DNA from: an uncultured Dehalococcoidales bacterium
GTDB lineage: Bacteria > Chloroflexota > UBA6077 > FW602-bin22
Assembly: GCA_964536925.1 (NCBI GenBank)
Contig: CAZHZF010000010.1
Coordinates: forward strand, 904-64,903
DNA length: 64,000 nucleotides
Reading direction: 5' to 3'
Part shown: in pieces, positions 7,981-16,966 of the stretch
Layout of the letters: each line of letters starts with the position of its first letter
How positions within the stretch are numbered: the first letter of the stretch is position 1
The notes under the pieces: generated by a model
Databases searched by the model: none
What the model saw: only the letters and a program-made list of their open reading frames with translations
What the model was told of the DNA's origin: nothing
Program-made: the position numbers and the translations under genes

Positions 7981-9939
7981 GTGCACATGCGCCTGTTCGC
8001 CCGTCTCTCCCGCTGGTTCCGTCTGGCACTGGCGGTCGTCGTTCTGGGTGCGGCCCTTCCGCTTGCCCCCGCGGCCGGTGCCGCGCCAGGCGATCCCCCC
8101 GGCTTCTTCTCCGAAACGGGGTTCGTGATCGACGACGCGAAGTTCTTCGACTACTTCCAGTCGCGCGGTGGGGTACGGACGTTCGGCTATCCGGTTTCCC
8201 GGGCCTTCACGCTCGACGGATTCAAGGTTCAGATCTTTCAGCGACGCGTTCTTCAACTGGGCGCCGATGGCAATGTGACCCAGCTGAACATCCTGGATGA
8301 ACCTTTCCTGCCGTACACCCGGTTCAATGGCGTCACCATTCCCGCGCTGGATCAGGGCTTCCTCAGCGCGGCGCCCGCGCCCGGTTCAGCGGGCTACGCG
8401 ACGGGCATCCAGTCCTTCATTGAGGGGAACTCTCCCAACACTGCATTCGGCCGTGCCACCAACTTCCTGAGGACTTTCCAATCCTCGGTGACGCTGGGCG
8501 AAGCATTTCCGAGGGGCGGCGGCAACGCGGGTATCCTCGGTCTCATTCACCTTGAGATGTGGGGTGTCCCGACATCTCGCCCGGCGCAGGATCCTAACAA
8601 TGGTAACTTCATCTATCAGCGATTCCAGCGCGGTGTGATGCACTTCGACGCCAACTCCGGGCTCACCCAGGGGATGCTCCTGGGCGACCACTTCAAGCAG
8701 GTGCTGACCGGCCAGAACTTGCCGCCCGACCTCGCCAGCCAGGCCGCGGGAAATCGATTCTTCCAGGCCTACGACAACTCCCAGGCGAACGGCATCCGGG
8801 CCGGCAAGGCGCTCGGCAACTCCAATCTGAAGGACGCGTTCGCCGGAGAGCCGCCGCGCGCCGCGCCGACAGCCCCGACTACAGCCGCACCCGCGCCCGC
8901 GGCTCCGGCTGCGCCACCGGCGGCCGCGCCCACAACCACCACCGGGCTACGCCTCGGGTGGCAGGCACACCTCTACGGCCAGCCTCACGATCGGATCTTC
9001 CGCGCGATCAATGACTCGGGCCTCACGTGGGTGAAGCAGCAGGTGCGCTGGGCCACGCATAACCCCAGCGACCTCGACCGCGCGGTGGATTCGGCCTCCG
9101 CAGCGGGTGTGCGGGTTCTCGTCAGTGTGGTGACCTCTCCTCCGGGTCTCCGCGGCGGCCGAGGCGAGCACGGGCCGCCAGACAACTTCGCCGAATTTGG
9201 TCGCTTCGTCGGCGAGCTCGCGCAGAGGTACCGCGGCCGCATCCATGCCTACGAACTCTGGAATGAACAGAACTACGGCCACGAATGGGGTGGACGGCAG
9301 ATCAACGCGTGCGAATACGTCGCACTCCTTGCGCAGGGGTACAGAGCGATAAAGGCGGCGGACCCGGCCGCGATCGTCGTTTCTGGTGGCCTGACACCAA
9401 ACGGACTCAACAATGTCAACCTCGCGGTCGATGACAAGCTGTATCTGGAGCAGATGTATCAGTGCAACGGTGGTGAGTTCCTGCGCGTTGCGGATGGCGT
9501 GGGGAGCCACATGGCCGGCTTCAACAATGCGCCCGAGGATGGACCGGGTCAGCAGAGCGTCAACACGGCCGGGTTCAAGGGCCATATGAGCTTCTACTTC
9601 CGACGGATCGACGATCTCTATGAGGTGATGCGCAAGTACGGCGATCGGCGTCAGATGTGGATCACCGAGTACCACTGGGCCTCTGCCCAGCCCCCGGTGC
9701 CCGGTGGTTACGAGTGGACGACGCACCTCTCCGAAGCGCAGGTCGGCGACTTCCTGGCGCGCAGTCTTCAGTCGATCCGGGCCTCGCGTCCGTGGGTGGG
9801 AGCGGTCTTCATCTGGAACCTGAACTTCCGCACGTTCCAGGACTATCGGCAGCACGAGACGGCGATCTTCGGATTCCTCAACGAGGACTGGACGCCCCGC
9901 CACATCTTCAATGTGGTACGGAGCATCGCGAGGGGTTGA
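7981..9939 (+). CDS. secreted two-domain protein: unknown N-terminal domain + P/A linker + GH5-like TIM-barrel paralogue
   Basis: GGGAGG lies 6 nt before GTG 7981 (ATG 7963/7987 are alternatives). Signal peptide RLFARLSRWFRLALAVVVLGAALPLAPAAGA. The C-terminal half parallels the previous gene (RYRGRIHAYELWNEQN, AADPAAIVVSGGL). Confidence 0.75.
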   Translation: MHMRLFARLSRWFRLALAVVVLGAALPLAPAAGAAPGDPPGFFSETGFVIDDAKFFDYFQSRGGVRTFGYPVSRAFTLDGFKVQIFQRRVLQLGADGNVTQLNILDEPFLPYTRFNGVTIPALDQGFLSAAPAPGSAGYATGIQSFIEGNSPNTAFGRATNFLRTFQSSVTLGEAFPRGGGNAGILGLIHLEMWGVPTSRPAQDPNNGNFIYQRFQRGVMHFDANSGLTQGMLLGDHFKQVLTGQNLPPDLASQAAGNRFFQAYDNSQANGIRAGKALGNSNLKDAFAGEPPRAAPTAPTTAAPAPAAPAAPPAAAPTTTTGLRLGWQAHLYGQPHDRIFRAINDSGLTWVKQQVRWATHNPSDLDRAVDSASAAGVRVLVSVVTSPPGLRGGRGEHGPPDNFAEFGRFVGELAQRYRGRIHAYELWNEQNYGHEWGGRQINACEYVALLAQGYRAIKAADPAAIVVSGGLTPNGLNNVNLAVDDKLYLEQMYQCNGGEFLRVADGVGSHMAGFNNAPEDGPGQQSVNTAGFKGHMSFYFRRIDDLYEVMRKYGDRRQMWITEYHWASAQPPVPGGYEWTTHLSEAQVGDFLARSLQSIRASRPWVGAVFIWNLNFRTFQDYRQHETAIFGFLNEDWTPRHIFNVVRSIARG

Positions 9940-9952
9940 GAGGACGCATCTC

Positions 9953-11626
9953 TTGGGCCTGATCAGAGATGAACTCGCCGCCGCGATCGTCGCGGCTGCG
10001 GAGGCCGCGCAGGCCGCGGGGGACCTCCCCGCGGTCGGCATCACCGACTCTCACCTCGAGCGGACGACAGCAACAGGCCGGGGCGACTATGCGAGTTCGC
10101 TCGCGCTTCGTCTGGCGCGTGCCGCGGGAATGCCTCCGCTGGCGATCGCGCAGCGGGTGGCGGCTCATCTCGCGCCCCACCCCGCGATCGAACGGGTCGA
10201 GGTGGCGCCTCCGGGGTTCCTCAACATCCATATCGCCGCGGCCTGGCTTCAGGCCCAGGTAGACGGAGTCCTGGAACAGGACGCCGATTTCGGTCGGGTG
10301 CAGGTCGGGGCTGACAGGCGACTCCAGGTCGAGTTCGTCTCGGCGAATCCCACGGGCTATCTGACCGCGGTGGCGGGCCGAGCCGGTGCACTGGGCGATG
10401 CGCTCGCGCACATCCTGGCATTTGCCGGCTATCGGGTGGAGCGAGAGTTCTACATCAACGACGCCGGCAATCAGTTGCAGGCGTTTAACCGCAGTGTCCG
10501 GGCGCGCTTCCTCCAGAGCCTGGGCATCGCCGAGGCCGTGCCGGACGACGGCTACCACGGCCCGGCCATCGTCGAGATCGCGAATCAGATTCGCGCGACG
10601 GAGGGCGATCGGTTCGCGCACATGGCGGCGGCGGACGCGGAACGCGCGCTGGGCGCGCTGGGACTTGCGATTGTGTTGCAGTCGATCAAGGAAGATGTCG
10701 AACGCTTCGGGATCCGGTTCGACGTCTGGTTCAGCGAGCAATCATTGCACGACAAGGGCGCGATTCTCTCCGCAATCGAGCACATCGACCGCCGCGGGTT
10801 TGTCGCGCAGCGCGAGGGCGCCGTGTGGTTCACTTCGACCGAACTGGGAGACGAGCGCGATCACGTGCTTATCCGGTCGAACGGTGCACCCACATATCTG
10901 GCCGCCGACATCGCCTATCACCACGACAAGTTCGTGACGCGCGGTTTCGATCGGGTGATCGACGTCTGGGGAGCGGATCACCACGGTCACGTCCCGGCCA
11001 TGAAGGCGGGCGTGCACGCCCTGGGCATTGAACCCGAGCAGTTCACGGTCCTGTTGCACCAGATGGTCACGATCAAACGGGGAACCGAGATCGTGCGGAT
11101 GTCCAAGCGCGCCGGTGACTACGTCGCTCTGCGCGATGTCATCGATGAGGTCGGAACCGATGCGGCGCGATATTTCTTCCTGTCGCGCTCCACAAACGCC
11201 CACATCGACTTTGACCTCGAACTCGCTGCCCGGCAATCGGACGATAACCCGGTCTATTACGTGCAGTACGGCCACGCGCGGACGTCGAGCATCATGAGAC
11301 GCGCGACGGAACTGGGCTATGACAGCCAGAGGGGAGAGGTCAGGCTCCTCGACACCGAGGCGGATCTGGCCTTGATCCGGAAGATCCTCCAGTTTCCAGA
11401 AGTGGTGGACCTGGCGGCTCGGAGCCTCGAACCTCACCACCTGGCCTATTACGCGCGGGAGCTCGCGTCCGCCTTCAGTCAGTTCTACGAGAACTGCCGC
11501 GTTCTCACCGAAGATCGGGACCTCTCGGCGGCTCGGCTCAAACTCGTGCGCGCGACGAAGATCGCCCTGCGGAACTGCCTCGCGCTCATGGGCATGTCCG
11601 CACCGGACCGAATGGATCGCGACTGA
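9953..11626 (+). CDS. argS: arginine--tRNA ligase
   Basis: Class I motifs SANPTGYL and RMSKRAG, and a C-terminal anticodon-binding domain (DALR-type) ending ...LMGMSAPDRM. TTG 9953 is preferred (GAGAGGA upstream); ATG 9911 would overlap the previous gene. Confidence 0.93.
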   Translation: MGLIRDELAAAIVAAAEAAQAAGDLPAVGITDSHLERTTATGRGDYASSLALRLARAAGMPPLAIAQRVAAHLAPHPAIERVEVAPPGFLNIHIAAAWLQAQVDGVLEQDADFGRVQVGADRRLQVEFVSANPTGYLTAVAGRAGALGDALAHILAFAGYRVEREFYINDAGNQLQAFNRSVRARFLQSLGIAEAVPDDGYHGPAIVEIANQIRATEGDRFAHMAAADAERALGALGLAIVLQSIKEDVERFGIRFDVWFSEQSLHDKGAILSAIEHIDRRGFVAQREGAVWFTSTELGDERDHVLIRSNGAPTYLAADIAYHHDKFVTRGFDRVIDVWGADHHGHVPAMKAGVHALGIEPEQFTVLLHQMVTIKRGTEIVRMSKRAGDYVALRDVIDEVGTDAARYFFLSRSTNAHIDFDLELAARQSDDNPVYYVQYGHARTSSIMRRATELGYDSQRGEVRLLDTEADLALIRKILQFPEVVDLAARSLEPHHLAYYARELASAFSQFYENCRVLTEDRDLSAARLKLVRATKIALRNCLALMGMSAPDRMDRD

Positions 11627-11684
11627 GGCGAGTCGGGGCCTACACTCCCCGCGACGCCGTACCACCACGGAACGAGGCGAGGGA

Positions 11685-12014
11685 TTGGACACCGTTCGGG
11701 ACATCGCGATCATCTTCCTGGCGGCACTGCACATCGTGTGGATGCTGCTCGTCTGTGCGATCGCCTTCGTCATCTGGCGTCTGTTCGTCCTGGTGAAGAA
11801 GCGCGCTCCGCACCTTCTCGATCAGGTCAATGACATCGCCGAGACGGGCAAGTCGATCGCGGACACGGGCCTGCAGACAGCACGGAGCGCCCGAGGGACG
11901 GTCGACTTCGCGGGCGAGACGGCCGTGATGCCGCTTATCCGCTTCGTGAGCTTCCTGGCCGCGTTGGGTCGTTTCCTCAGCGTACTCATGAAAGGGGAGC
12001 GCAACCGACCGTGA
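11685..12014 (+). CDS. small membrane protein, DUF948-like
   Basis: 109 aa. N-terminal TM IAIIFLAALHIVWMLLVCAIAFVIW followed by helical repeats. Pairing with a YtxH-like gene is typical in Firmicutes (from memory). Confidence 0.55.
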   Translation: MDTVRDIAIIFLAALHIVWMLLVCAIAFVIWRLFVLVKKRAPHLLDQVNDIAETGKSIADTGLQTARSARGTVDFAGETAVMPLIRFVSFLAALGRFLSVLMKGERNRP

Positions 12015-12295
12015 TGCGGTTTCTGTTCTCCTGCGTTCTCTTCGCGGTCGGTCTTGGCTGCGGCATCGCGGTCGGCTCCCTCGTCGCGTTCCTCTTCGCA
12101 CCTTCACCGGGAGATGAGACGCGCGATCGCCTCGAGGGCTTACTGGCCGCGAACAGCGATCCCGCCGCGATCGCGAGGCAGCGATGGCGTCAGGCGCGGG
12201 AAGCGGGCGCGACCGAGTTCGCCCGCTCGCAGGATCAACTGGTGATGCGGATGCGCGCCGCCCGGCAGGCCGGGGGCCTGGGGAATCAGGCCTAG
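12011..12295 (+). CDS. YtxH-like membrane protein
   Basis: 94 aa. N-terminal TM followed by LFAPSPGDETRDRL, resembling the YtxH APKSGKETR motif. 4-nt overlap with the previous gene. Confidence 0.6.
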   Translation: MMRFLFSCVLFAVGLGCGIAVGSLVAFLFAPSPGDETRDRLEGLLAANSDPAAIARQRWRQAREAGATEFARSQDQLVMRMRAARQAGGLGNQA

Positions 12296-12314
12296 GTCAC
12301 AAAGAAGAGTGAAG

Positions 12315-12363
12315 GGCCGACCACCCTCCCCTCTTCATCCACACAGCCACCGGGTGGTCGGCC
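12315..12363 (-). terminator. 12-bp GC hairpin followed (minus strand) by a U-rich tract
   Basis: ggccgaccaccc (12315-12326) pairs with gggtggtcggcc (12352-12363). The minus-strand downstream sequence is CTTCACTCTTCTTT. The 3' arm can alternatively pair with 12414-12423. Confidence 0.35.
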
Positions 12364-12436
12364 TCTGCGGAGAAGTATGGGCGGGCAAACGGACCGCCGG
12401 AATAGCCCGTTTGGACCACCCGGACTGACCCGGTAG

Positions 12437-12907
12437 TCATGGCATCGCGCCGCGGCGAATGCGGCGGCGGCGTAGGGGGACGTCGAACGACCACGGTCCG
12501 GTGATGACACGTGTCTCGGGGAGTGCACTCATCGAAGGCGTGTATGGAGCGTATTCGGACCGGGACAGAACCCGCGGAGCGCGGCGCGCCCGGACGCAAG
12601 CAAGCGCGGTGACCGTGATGCGAAGCCGCCGTGAACGGGTGGGGAAGCGAGGCAGACGCACGAAGAACCACGATACCGGCTCCTCGTAACGGGCTCCCCA
12701 CGACGAGGCATCGAATCGGCGGTCCCCTTCATCGCGGACATCGAGCGCGTCGGCGATGGTCATCTCGATACCCGCGCCCCATACGGACTGCGCCGAGAGG
12801 ATGAGAACCGAGTCGTCCTCGCGCACCACGAGGCCGGCCGCCCGCATCTGGGTGAAACCGACGACACACCGCTGGCCGAATCGGATGATTCGGCTGAGCC
12901 CGGTCAC
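12437..12907 (-). CDS. doubtful ORF (156 aa); may hide a structured RNA
   Basis: GTG start. The first ~85 codons look protein-like (LSRIIRFGQRCVVGFTQMRAAGLVVREDDSVLILSAQSVWGAGIEM...). The rest is Arg-rich low complexity. No family recognised. Confidence 0.3.
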   Translation of the reverse strand: MTGLSRIIRFGQRCVVGFTQMRAAGLVVREDDSVLILSAQSVWGAGIEMTIADALDVRDEGDRRFDASSWGARYEEPVSWFFVRLPRFPTRSRRLRITVTALACVRARRAPRVLSRSEYAPYTPSMSALPETRVITGPWSFDVPLRRRRIRRGAMP

Positions 12908-13011
12908 GGTAGCCCGATTCTACGGTTCGCGTGCGCGGTCCGACCTCCATTCCATCGTGGCCGCGCCCTCATCCGAACGGTGCCGCACAGAGCATCCGTA
13001 GAATTGACCCG

Positions 13012-13773
13012 ATGCTGTCGTTCACCCGCGCGCCGCTTGTCGAGGCGATTCTGCGATCCGCGGAGATGCAGGCCCTGTGGGCGAAATCCGATCGGGGCGT
13101 GCCGGTATTGGTCCATTCCCTGGATGTCGCGCTTCATGCGGGGGAGCGGGCGCGCAACCTGGATGGCGATTGCGTGGCTCTCGGCGGACTCCTTCACGAT
13201 ATCGACAAGGCGATCGACGGGGAGGACGAGCGGGAGTCCCACAGCCGGAGGATGCGCACCGCGCCGCAGCGGGGCGCGACACGCGCCACAGGGCTCCTGC
13301 GGGCGGCGTCCGCTACCGCGGGGATCGCTCTTCCGGCCGAGTGCTTCGAGCACGTCGCGCATATCGTGGCGTCCCATCACGGGGAGTACGGCAGCGTGCC
13401 GCCGACGACGCCCGAGGCACGCCTGGTTGCCGCCAGCGATGCGTACTGCGCGCGGCTCCATCGTCTGCCACCCGTCGACGCTAACGACATCCTGCCCCTC
13501 CTCATGGCGGGCTATTCCTGGCCGGGCGCGGCGCGCCGGCTCGGGACCACGCGCCACGTCGTCGCGCTACGGCTGCTGGACGCGACACGCGCCCACTCCG
13601 TTCGCGCCTGGACCGACCTCGTGCCGATCTACCGTGCGCACGGTCACGTGGTGGCCGGGCCGATCGATCTTGTGGACCGCATCGACCGCGTGCGGAGCGT
13701 CTGGCGGACGGCCGCCGCCGGGCCGCGCGTCTGCGCGGAGGCGCTGTGCGCTCCCGTGGCGGCCGCGGCGTGA
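13012..13773 (+). CDS. HD-domain metal-dependent phosphohydrolase
   Basis: H...HD signature (VLVHSLDVALH ... GGLLHDIDK ... IVASHHGEYG). C-terminal helical region with HTH-like GAARRLGTTRHVVALRLL. Confidence 0.8.
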   Translation: MLSFTRAPLVEAILRSAEMQALWAKSDRGVPVLVHSLDVALHAGERARNLDGDCVALGGLLHDIDKAIDGEDERESHSRRMRTAPQRGATRATGLLRAASATAGIALPAECFEHVAHIVASHHGEYGSVPPTTPEARLVAASDAYCARLHRLPPVDANDILPLLMAGYSWPGAARRLGTTRHVVALRLLDATRAHSVRAWTDLVPIYRAHGHVVAGPIDLVDRIDRVRSVWRTAAAGPRVCAEALCAPVAAAA

Positions 13774-14444
13774 CGACGCTCCGCGTCGACCTCCACTGCC
13801 ACACGCATCGGTCCGATGACTCCCAGCTCTCGTTCGCGGGCCTGAAGCGCGCCCTCGAGAGACGGGCGATCGACGTCATCGCGATCACCGACCACAATCG
13901 GATCGACGGCGCGCTGGAACTTGCCGAGCGCTGGGTGACTCCTCGCGTGATCGTGGGGGAAGAGATTCGTACCACGGAGGGGGAGATCGTGGGCCTGTTC
14001 CTCACGGACTACATTCCGCCGCGCCTATCGCCCGAGGAGACCGTGAGCGAGATTCGTCGGCAGGGCGGATTCGTTTACGTGCCCCACCCCTTCGATCGAA
14101 TCCGCCGTTCGGTTCTGCGTGAGTCGGCTCTGCACCGCATCGCGCGCGAGATCGATGCCGTGGAGGTTCTCAACGGGCGCCTCCACAGTATGGCCGACAA
14201 CGCGCGTGCCGCGGACTTCGCCCATGAACGCGGTCTTCTGGCCACGGCGGGAAGCGACGCGCACATCGGTGCCGAGGCGGGCCGGGTGGGTGTGGAGATG
14301 GAGCCGTTTACCTCGCGCGATGAGTTCGCGCGCGCCCTTGCCGGAGCCCGCGTCTTCGGCACGCCGTCCCACCCCATCGTGCACGTCGCGTCGGCCTTCG
14401 CCAAGTATCGCAAGCGGTATCTGCCCGGCTGGCGCTCTATCTAG
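13770..14444 (+). CDS. PHP-domain metal-dependent phosphoesterase
   Basis: VDLHCHTHRSDD, IAITDHN, VPHPFD, AGSDAH. GTG overlaps the HD-gene stop (GTGA). Confidence 0.85.
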   Translation: MTTLRVDLHCHTHRSDDSQLSFAGLKRALERRAIDVIAITDHNRIDGALELAERWVTPRVIVGEEIRTTEGEIVGLFLTDYIPPRLSPEETVSEIRRQGGFVYVPHPFDRIRRSVLRESALHRIAREIDAVEVLNGRLHSMADNARAADFAHERGLLATAGSDAHIGAEAGRVGVEMEPFTSRDEFARALAGARVFGTPSHPIVHVASAFAKYRKRYLPGWRSI

Positions 14445-15078
14445 CGTCGAGAAGGCGCTGAATCGCCGCGACGAGGCCAGCGACCGCGCGGGGATTCATC
14501 GCGCCCGATTCTCCGAGGGGATTGGGCACGATGAGGTCGGCGGCCCAACGGAGCGGATTGGTGAAGCGGGGGAAGCTGTTCATCACATCGTGGCGATACC
14601 ATGCCGTCGCCCCGACCAGGTCCGAACCTCTCTCGCTGATATCGCGGTTGATGCGGCGGAGCAACCTCTCATCGTCGGGGGAGTCGACAAAGATGGTGAG
14701 GTCGTAGCGTGCGCGCAGTTCCTCATCCCACAGGGCGAACAGCCCCTCGACGATCAGGAGGTCGTCGGCCCGAACTGTCGTGGGATCGAGTCTGCGCGCC
14801 GCACCCCGGGTACCTGGCACGGGGAATGTGGCCGCGCCGCCGCCGCGGATCGCATCGACCGCGTCCACCAGGTGAGGCCAGAGAACGGAATCCGGCCGGT
14901 TCGCGGTCCGAAGGCGGTCGCGCTGCTCGTCGCCCACTCGATTGGACCAATCGCGAAAGTATTGATCCTGATTGAGAATCGCACACGAGCGGTCGGCGAA
15001 GGCATCCACAATGAGTCGCGAGAGAGTTGACTTGCCAGACGCCGAGCCGCCCGTGATCCCGATCGTTACCGGAGCCAT
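14437..15078 (-). CDS. udk: uridine kinase family protein
   Basis: P-loop ITGGSASGKST, LLIVEGLFAL, FVDSPDDERLLRRINRDISERG. ATG 15078 gives the usual short N-terminus and avoids a head-on overlap with rlmN. Confidence 0.8.
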   Translation of the reverse strand: MAPVTIGITGGSASGKSTLSRLIVDAFADRSCAILNQDQYFRDWSNRVGDEQRDRLRTANRPDSVLWPHLVDAVDAIRGGGAATFPVPGTRGAARRLDPTTVRADDLLIVEGLFALWDEELRARYDLTIFVDSPDDERLLRRINRDISERGSDLVGATAWYRHDVMNSFPRFTNPLRWAADLIVPNPLGESGAMNPRAVAGLVAAIQRLLDAR

Positions 15079-15112
15079 TGAGCCGCGGATGATAGTGCCC
15101 TCACCATCTCCC

Positions 15113-16213
15113 ATGAAGGCCATCGTCGGCCTCCCCGTTGAGGACGTCGGCGAAACACTGCGGCGGTTGGACGAGCCCGCGTACCGCGTTGACCAGATAC
15201 TGACGTGGGTCTACCAGCGCGGTGCCGCCGACTGGGAGGAGATGACTGACCTCTCGCGGTCGCTGCGGGCGCGTCTCGCCGCCCATTTTGCCATTTCCCC
15301 GCTGCTCCCGGTCGACGCACAGGAGACCGACGGCGGGCGGACGCGGAAGATCCTCTTCGCACTGCCGGAGAACCCCGAGGGGGCTGGTTCCACGGGTCGC
15401 GCGCAGCGCCTCGCCCGCCTGAACACGGTCGAGGCCGTCTCGATGCTCTACCCGCGGCGGCACACCGTGTGCATCTCGTCCCAGGTCGGCTGCGCCATGG
15501 GCTGTGTATTCTGCGCCACCGGTCAGGTGGGCTTCGTGCGCGATCTGACGGCTGGGGAGATCGTGGCCCAGGTTCTGGCCTTCGCCAGCGCCAGCGAGCG
15601 TGATCGGGGACGTCAGCCTCCGAACCGCATCGTCTTCATGGGTCAGGGCGAACCGATGGCAAACTACGACGCGGTCTGGTCCGCGATTGAGGTCCTCACC
15701 GACCAGCGCCGCTACGCACTCGGCGCCCGCCACATCACTGTCTCGACCGTGGGAATCGTGCCGGGAATCGAGCGGATGTCGGCGGAACCCCTGCCCGTGA
15801 ACCTCGCCGTATCTCTCCACGCCACCGACGACGCGCTGCGCAGCAGCCTTGTGCCGTCCAATCGTCGCTACTCCATTGCCGATATCCTCGCGGCCTGCCG
15901 ATCGTACGTTCGGCACACGCGGCGGCGGGTCAGTTTCGAATACACCGCCATTGCCGGAGTGAACGACTCGCTCGCCGAAATGCGTGCACTCGCCTCGCTT
16001 CTGCGCGGAATCCTCGCGCACGTGAACCTCATCCCGGTAAATCCGTCGCTCGACGGACGTTGGAACCCGCCGCCCGATCTCCATCTCCGCGCAATGGCCG
16101 CCGAACTGAACGGCCGCGGAGTGCCCGCGACAGTGCGGGACACCCGCGGCCGCCAGATCGCCGCGGCCTGTGGACAACTGCGGGCGCGGGCGCTCGCCGG
16201 AGCGACTCCTTAG
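15113..16213 (+). CDS. rlmN: 23S rRNA/tRNA adenine-C2 methyltransferase RlmN (radical SAM)
   Basis: CAMGCVFCATG radical-SAM cluster, N-terminal YRVDQILTWVY, C-terminal IAAACGQL. Confidence 0.93.
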   Translation: MKAIVGLPVEDVGETLRRLDEPAYRVDQILTWVYQRGAADWEEMTDLSRSLRARLAAHFAISPLLPVDAQETDGGRTRKILFALPENPEGAGSTGRAQRLARLNTVEAVSMLYPRRHTVCISSQVGCAMGCVFCATGQVGFVRDLTAGEIVAQVLAFASASERDRGRQPPNRIVFMGQGEPMANYDAVWSAIEVLTDQRRYALGARHITVSTVGIVPGIERMSAEPLPVNLAVSLHATDDALRSSLVPSNRRYSIADILAACRSYVRHTRRRVSFEYTAIAGVNDSLAEMRALASLLRGILAHVNLIPVNPSLDGRWNPPPDLHLRAMAAELNGRGVPATVRDTRGRQIAAACGQLRARALAGATP

Positions 16214-16902
16214 TCGTCCCGACGCGACATCCCGAAGACCTGCAGCGCGAAGTACAGGACCATCAGGATGCTCGACACAAATCCGGCCACGTATGTCCAG
16301 GCCGCCGCGTTGAGAACATCCTTCGCGCCGTCGTACTCGGATCGACTGACAAGGCCGCCATTCTGCAGCGCGAGCAGCGCCCGTCGGCTCGCGTCGAACT
16401 CGACGGGGAGAGTGATCAGCGCGAACACCGCGCCGGCCGCGAACAGGACGAGTCCGGCCACCGCCAGACCCATGATGTTCAACACCAGACCGCCGAGCAG
16501 CGCGAAGTACCCGATCTGTGAGCCGAACTGGGCGACAGGCACGAACGCGGATCGCGCCCGGAGCGGCGCATACCCCTGGGCGTGCTGGAGCGCATGCCCG
16601 ACCTCGTGGGCCGCGATGCCCATCGCCGCGACCGACGGCACCCGTCCCACTCCTGGCGACAAACGCAGCACACGCTGGGTCGGGTCGTAGTGGTCGGTCA
16701 ACTCCCCCTCAACCTCCTCGACTTTCACGTCGTAGAGGCCGTTGCCATCAAGAATCGTGCGCGCAACCTGATAGCCGGTAATGCCCTGCATATTCCGGAA
16801 CTCGGAATACTTGTTGTACGCGCCCCGCGTCTTGGCCTGGGCCCACAGGGCGAGCAGAAGGCCCGGCACCATGAAGACAAAGTACAGAGGATCAAAGAAC
16901 AT
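16210..16902 (-). CDS. membrane zinc metallopeptidase (Zn_peptidase_2/PF04298-like)
   Basis: MFFDPLYFVF... N-terminus, HEVGHALQH zinc motif, C-terminal TM helices. Confidence 0.85.
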   Translation of the reverse strand: MFFDPLYFVFMVPGLLLALWAQAKTRGAYNKYSEFRNMQGITGYQVARTILDGNGLYDVKVEEVEGELTDHYDPTQRVLRLSPGVGRVPSVAAMGIAAHEVGHALQHAQGYAPLRARSAFVPVAQFGSQIGYFALLGGLVLNIMGLAVAGLVLFAAGAVFALITLPVEFDASRRALLALQNGGLVSRSEYDGAKDVLNAAAWTYVAGFVSSILMVLYFALQVFGMSRRDD

Positions 16903-16966
16903 CCTGCGTCACCTCCGTACGCAAAGGTACCAACGCGGCGGGAGCGCCATCAATCAGCAATTGTGC

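Noticed and set aside
12296-12730. Possible tmRNA, RNase P RNA or SRP RNA in the gene-free stretch. Candidate matches were GGGGACCGCCGATTCGATGCC on the minus strand, ACAGAACCCGCGG on the plus strand and GGGTCAGTCCGG on the minus strand.
   Set aside because: The companion elements are missing. There is no T-arm plus GGTC(U)CCACCA 3' end and no Ala-rich tag ending in a stop at the right distance (tmRNA). There is no GAGGAAAGTCCGGGC P4 strand (RNase P). There is no GGAA tetraloop or AGCAGCC helix-8 motif (SRP). The region is kept only as an unknown structured region; it needs cmscan.
15078-15123. Head-on overlap of the udk (ATG 15123) and rlmN (ATG 15113) start codons.
   Set aside because: The internal ATG 15078 places the uridine-kinase P-loop at the usual distance from the N-terminus and removes the overlap. 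The longer form is unsupported.
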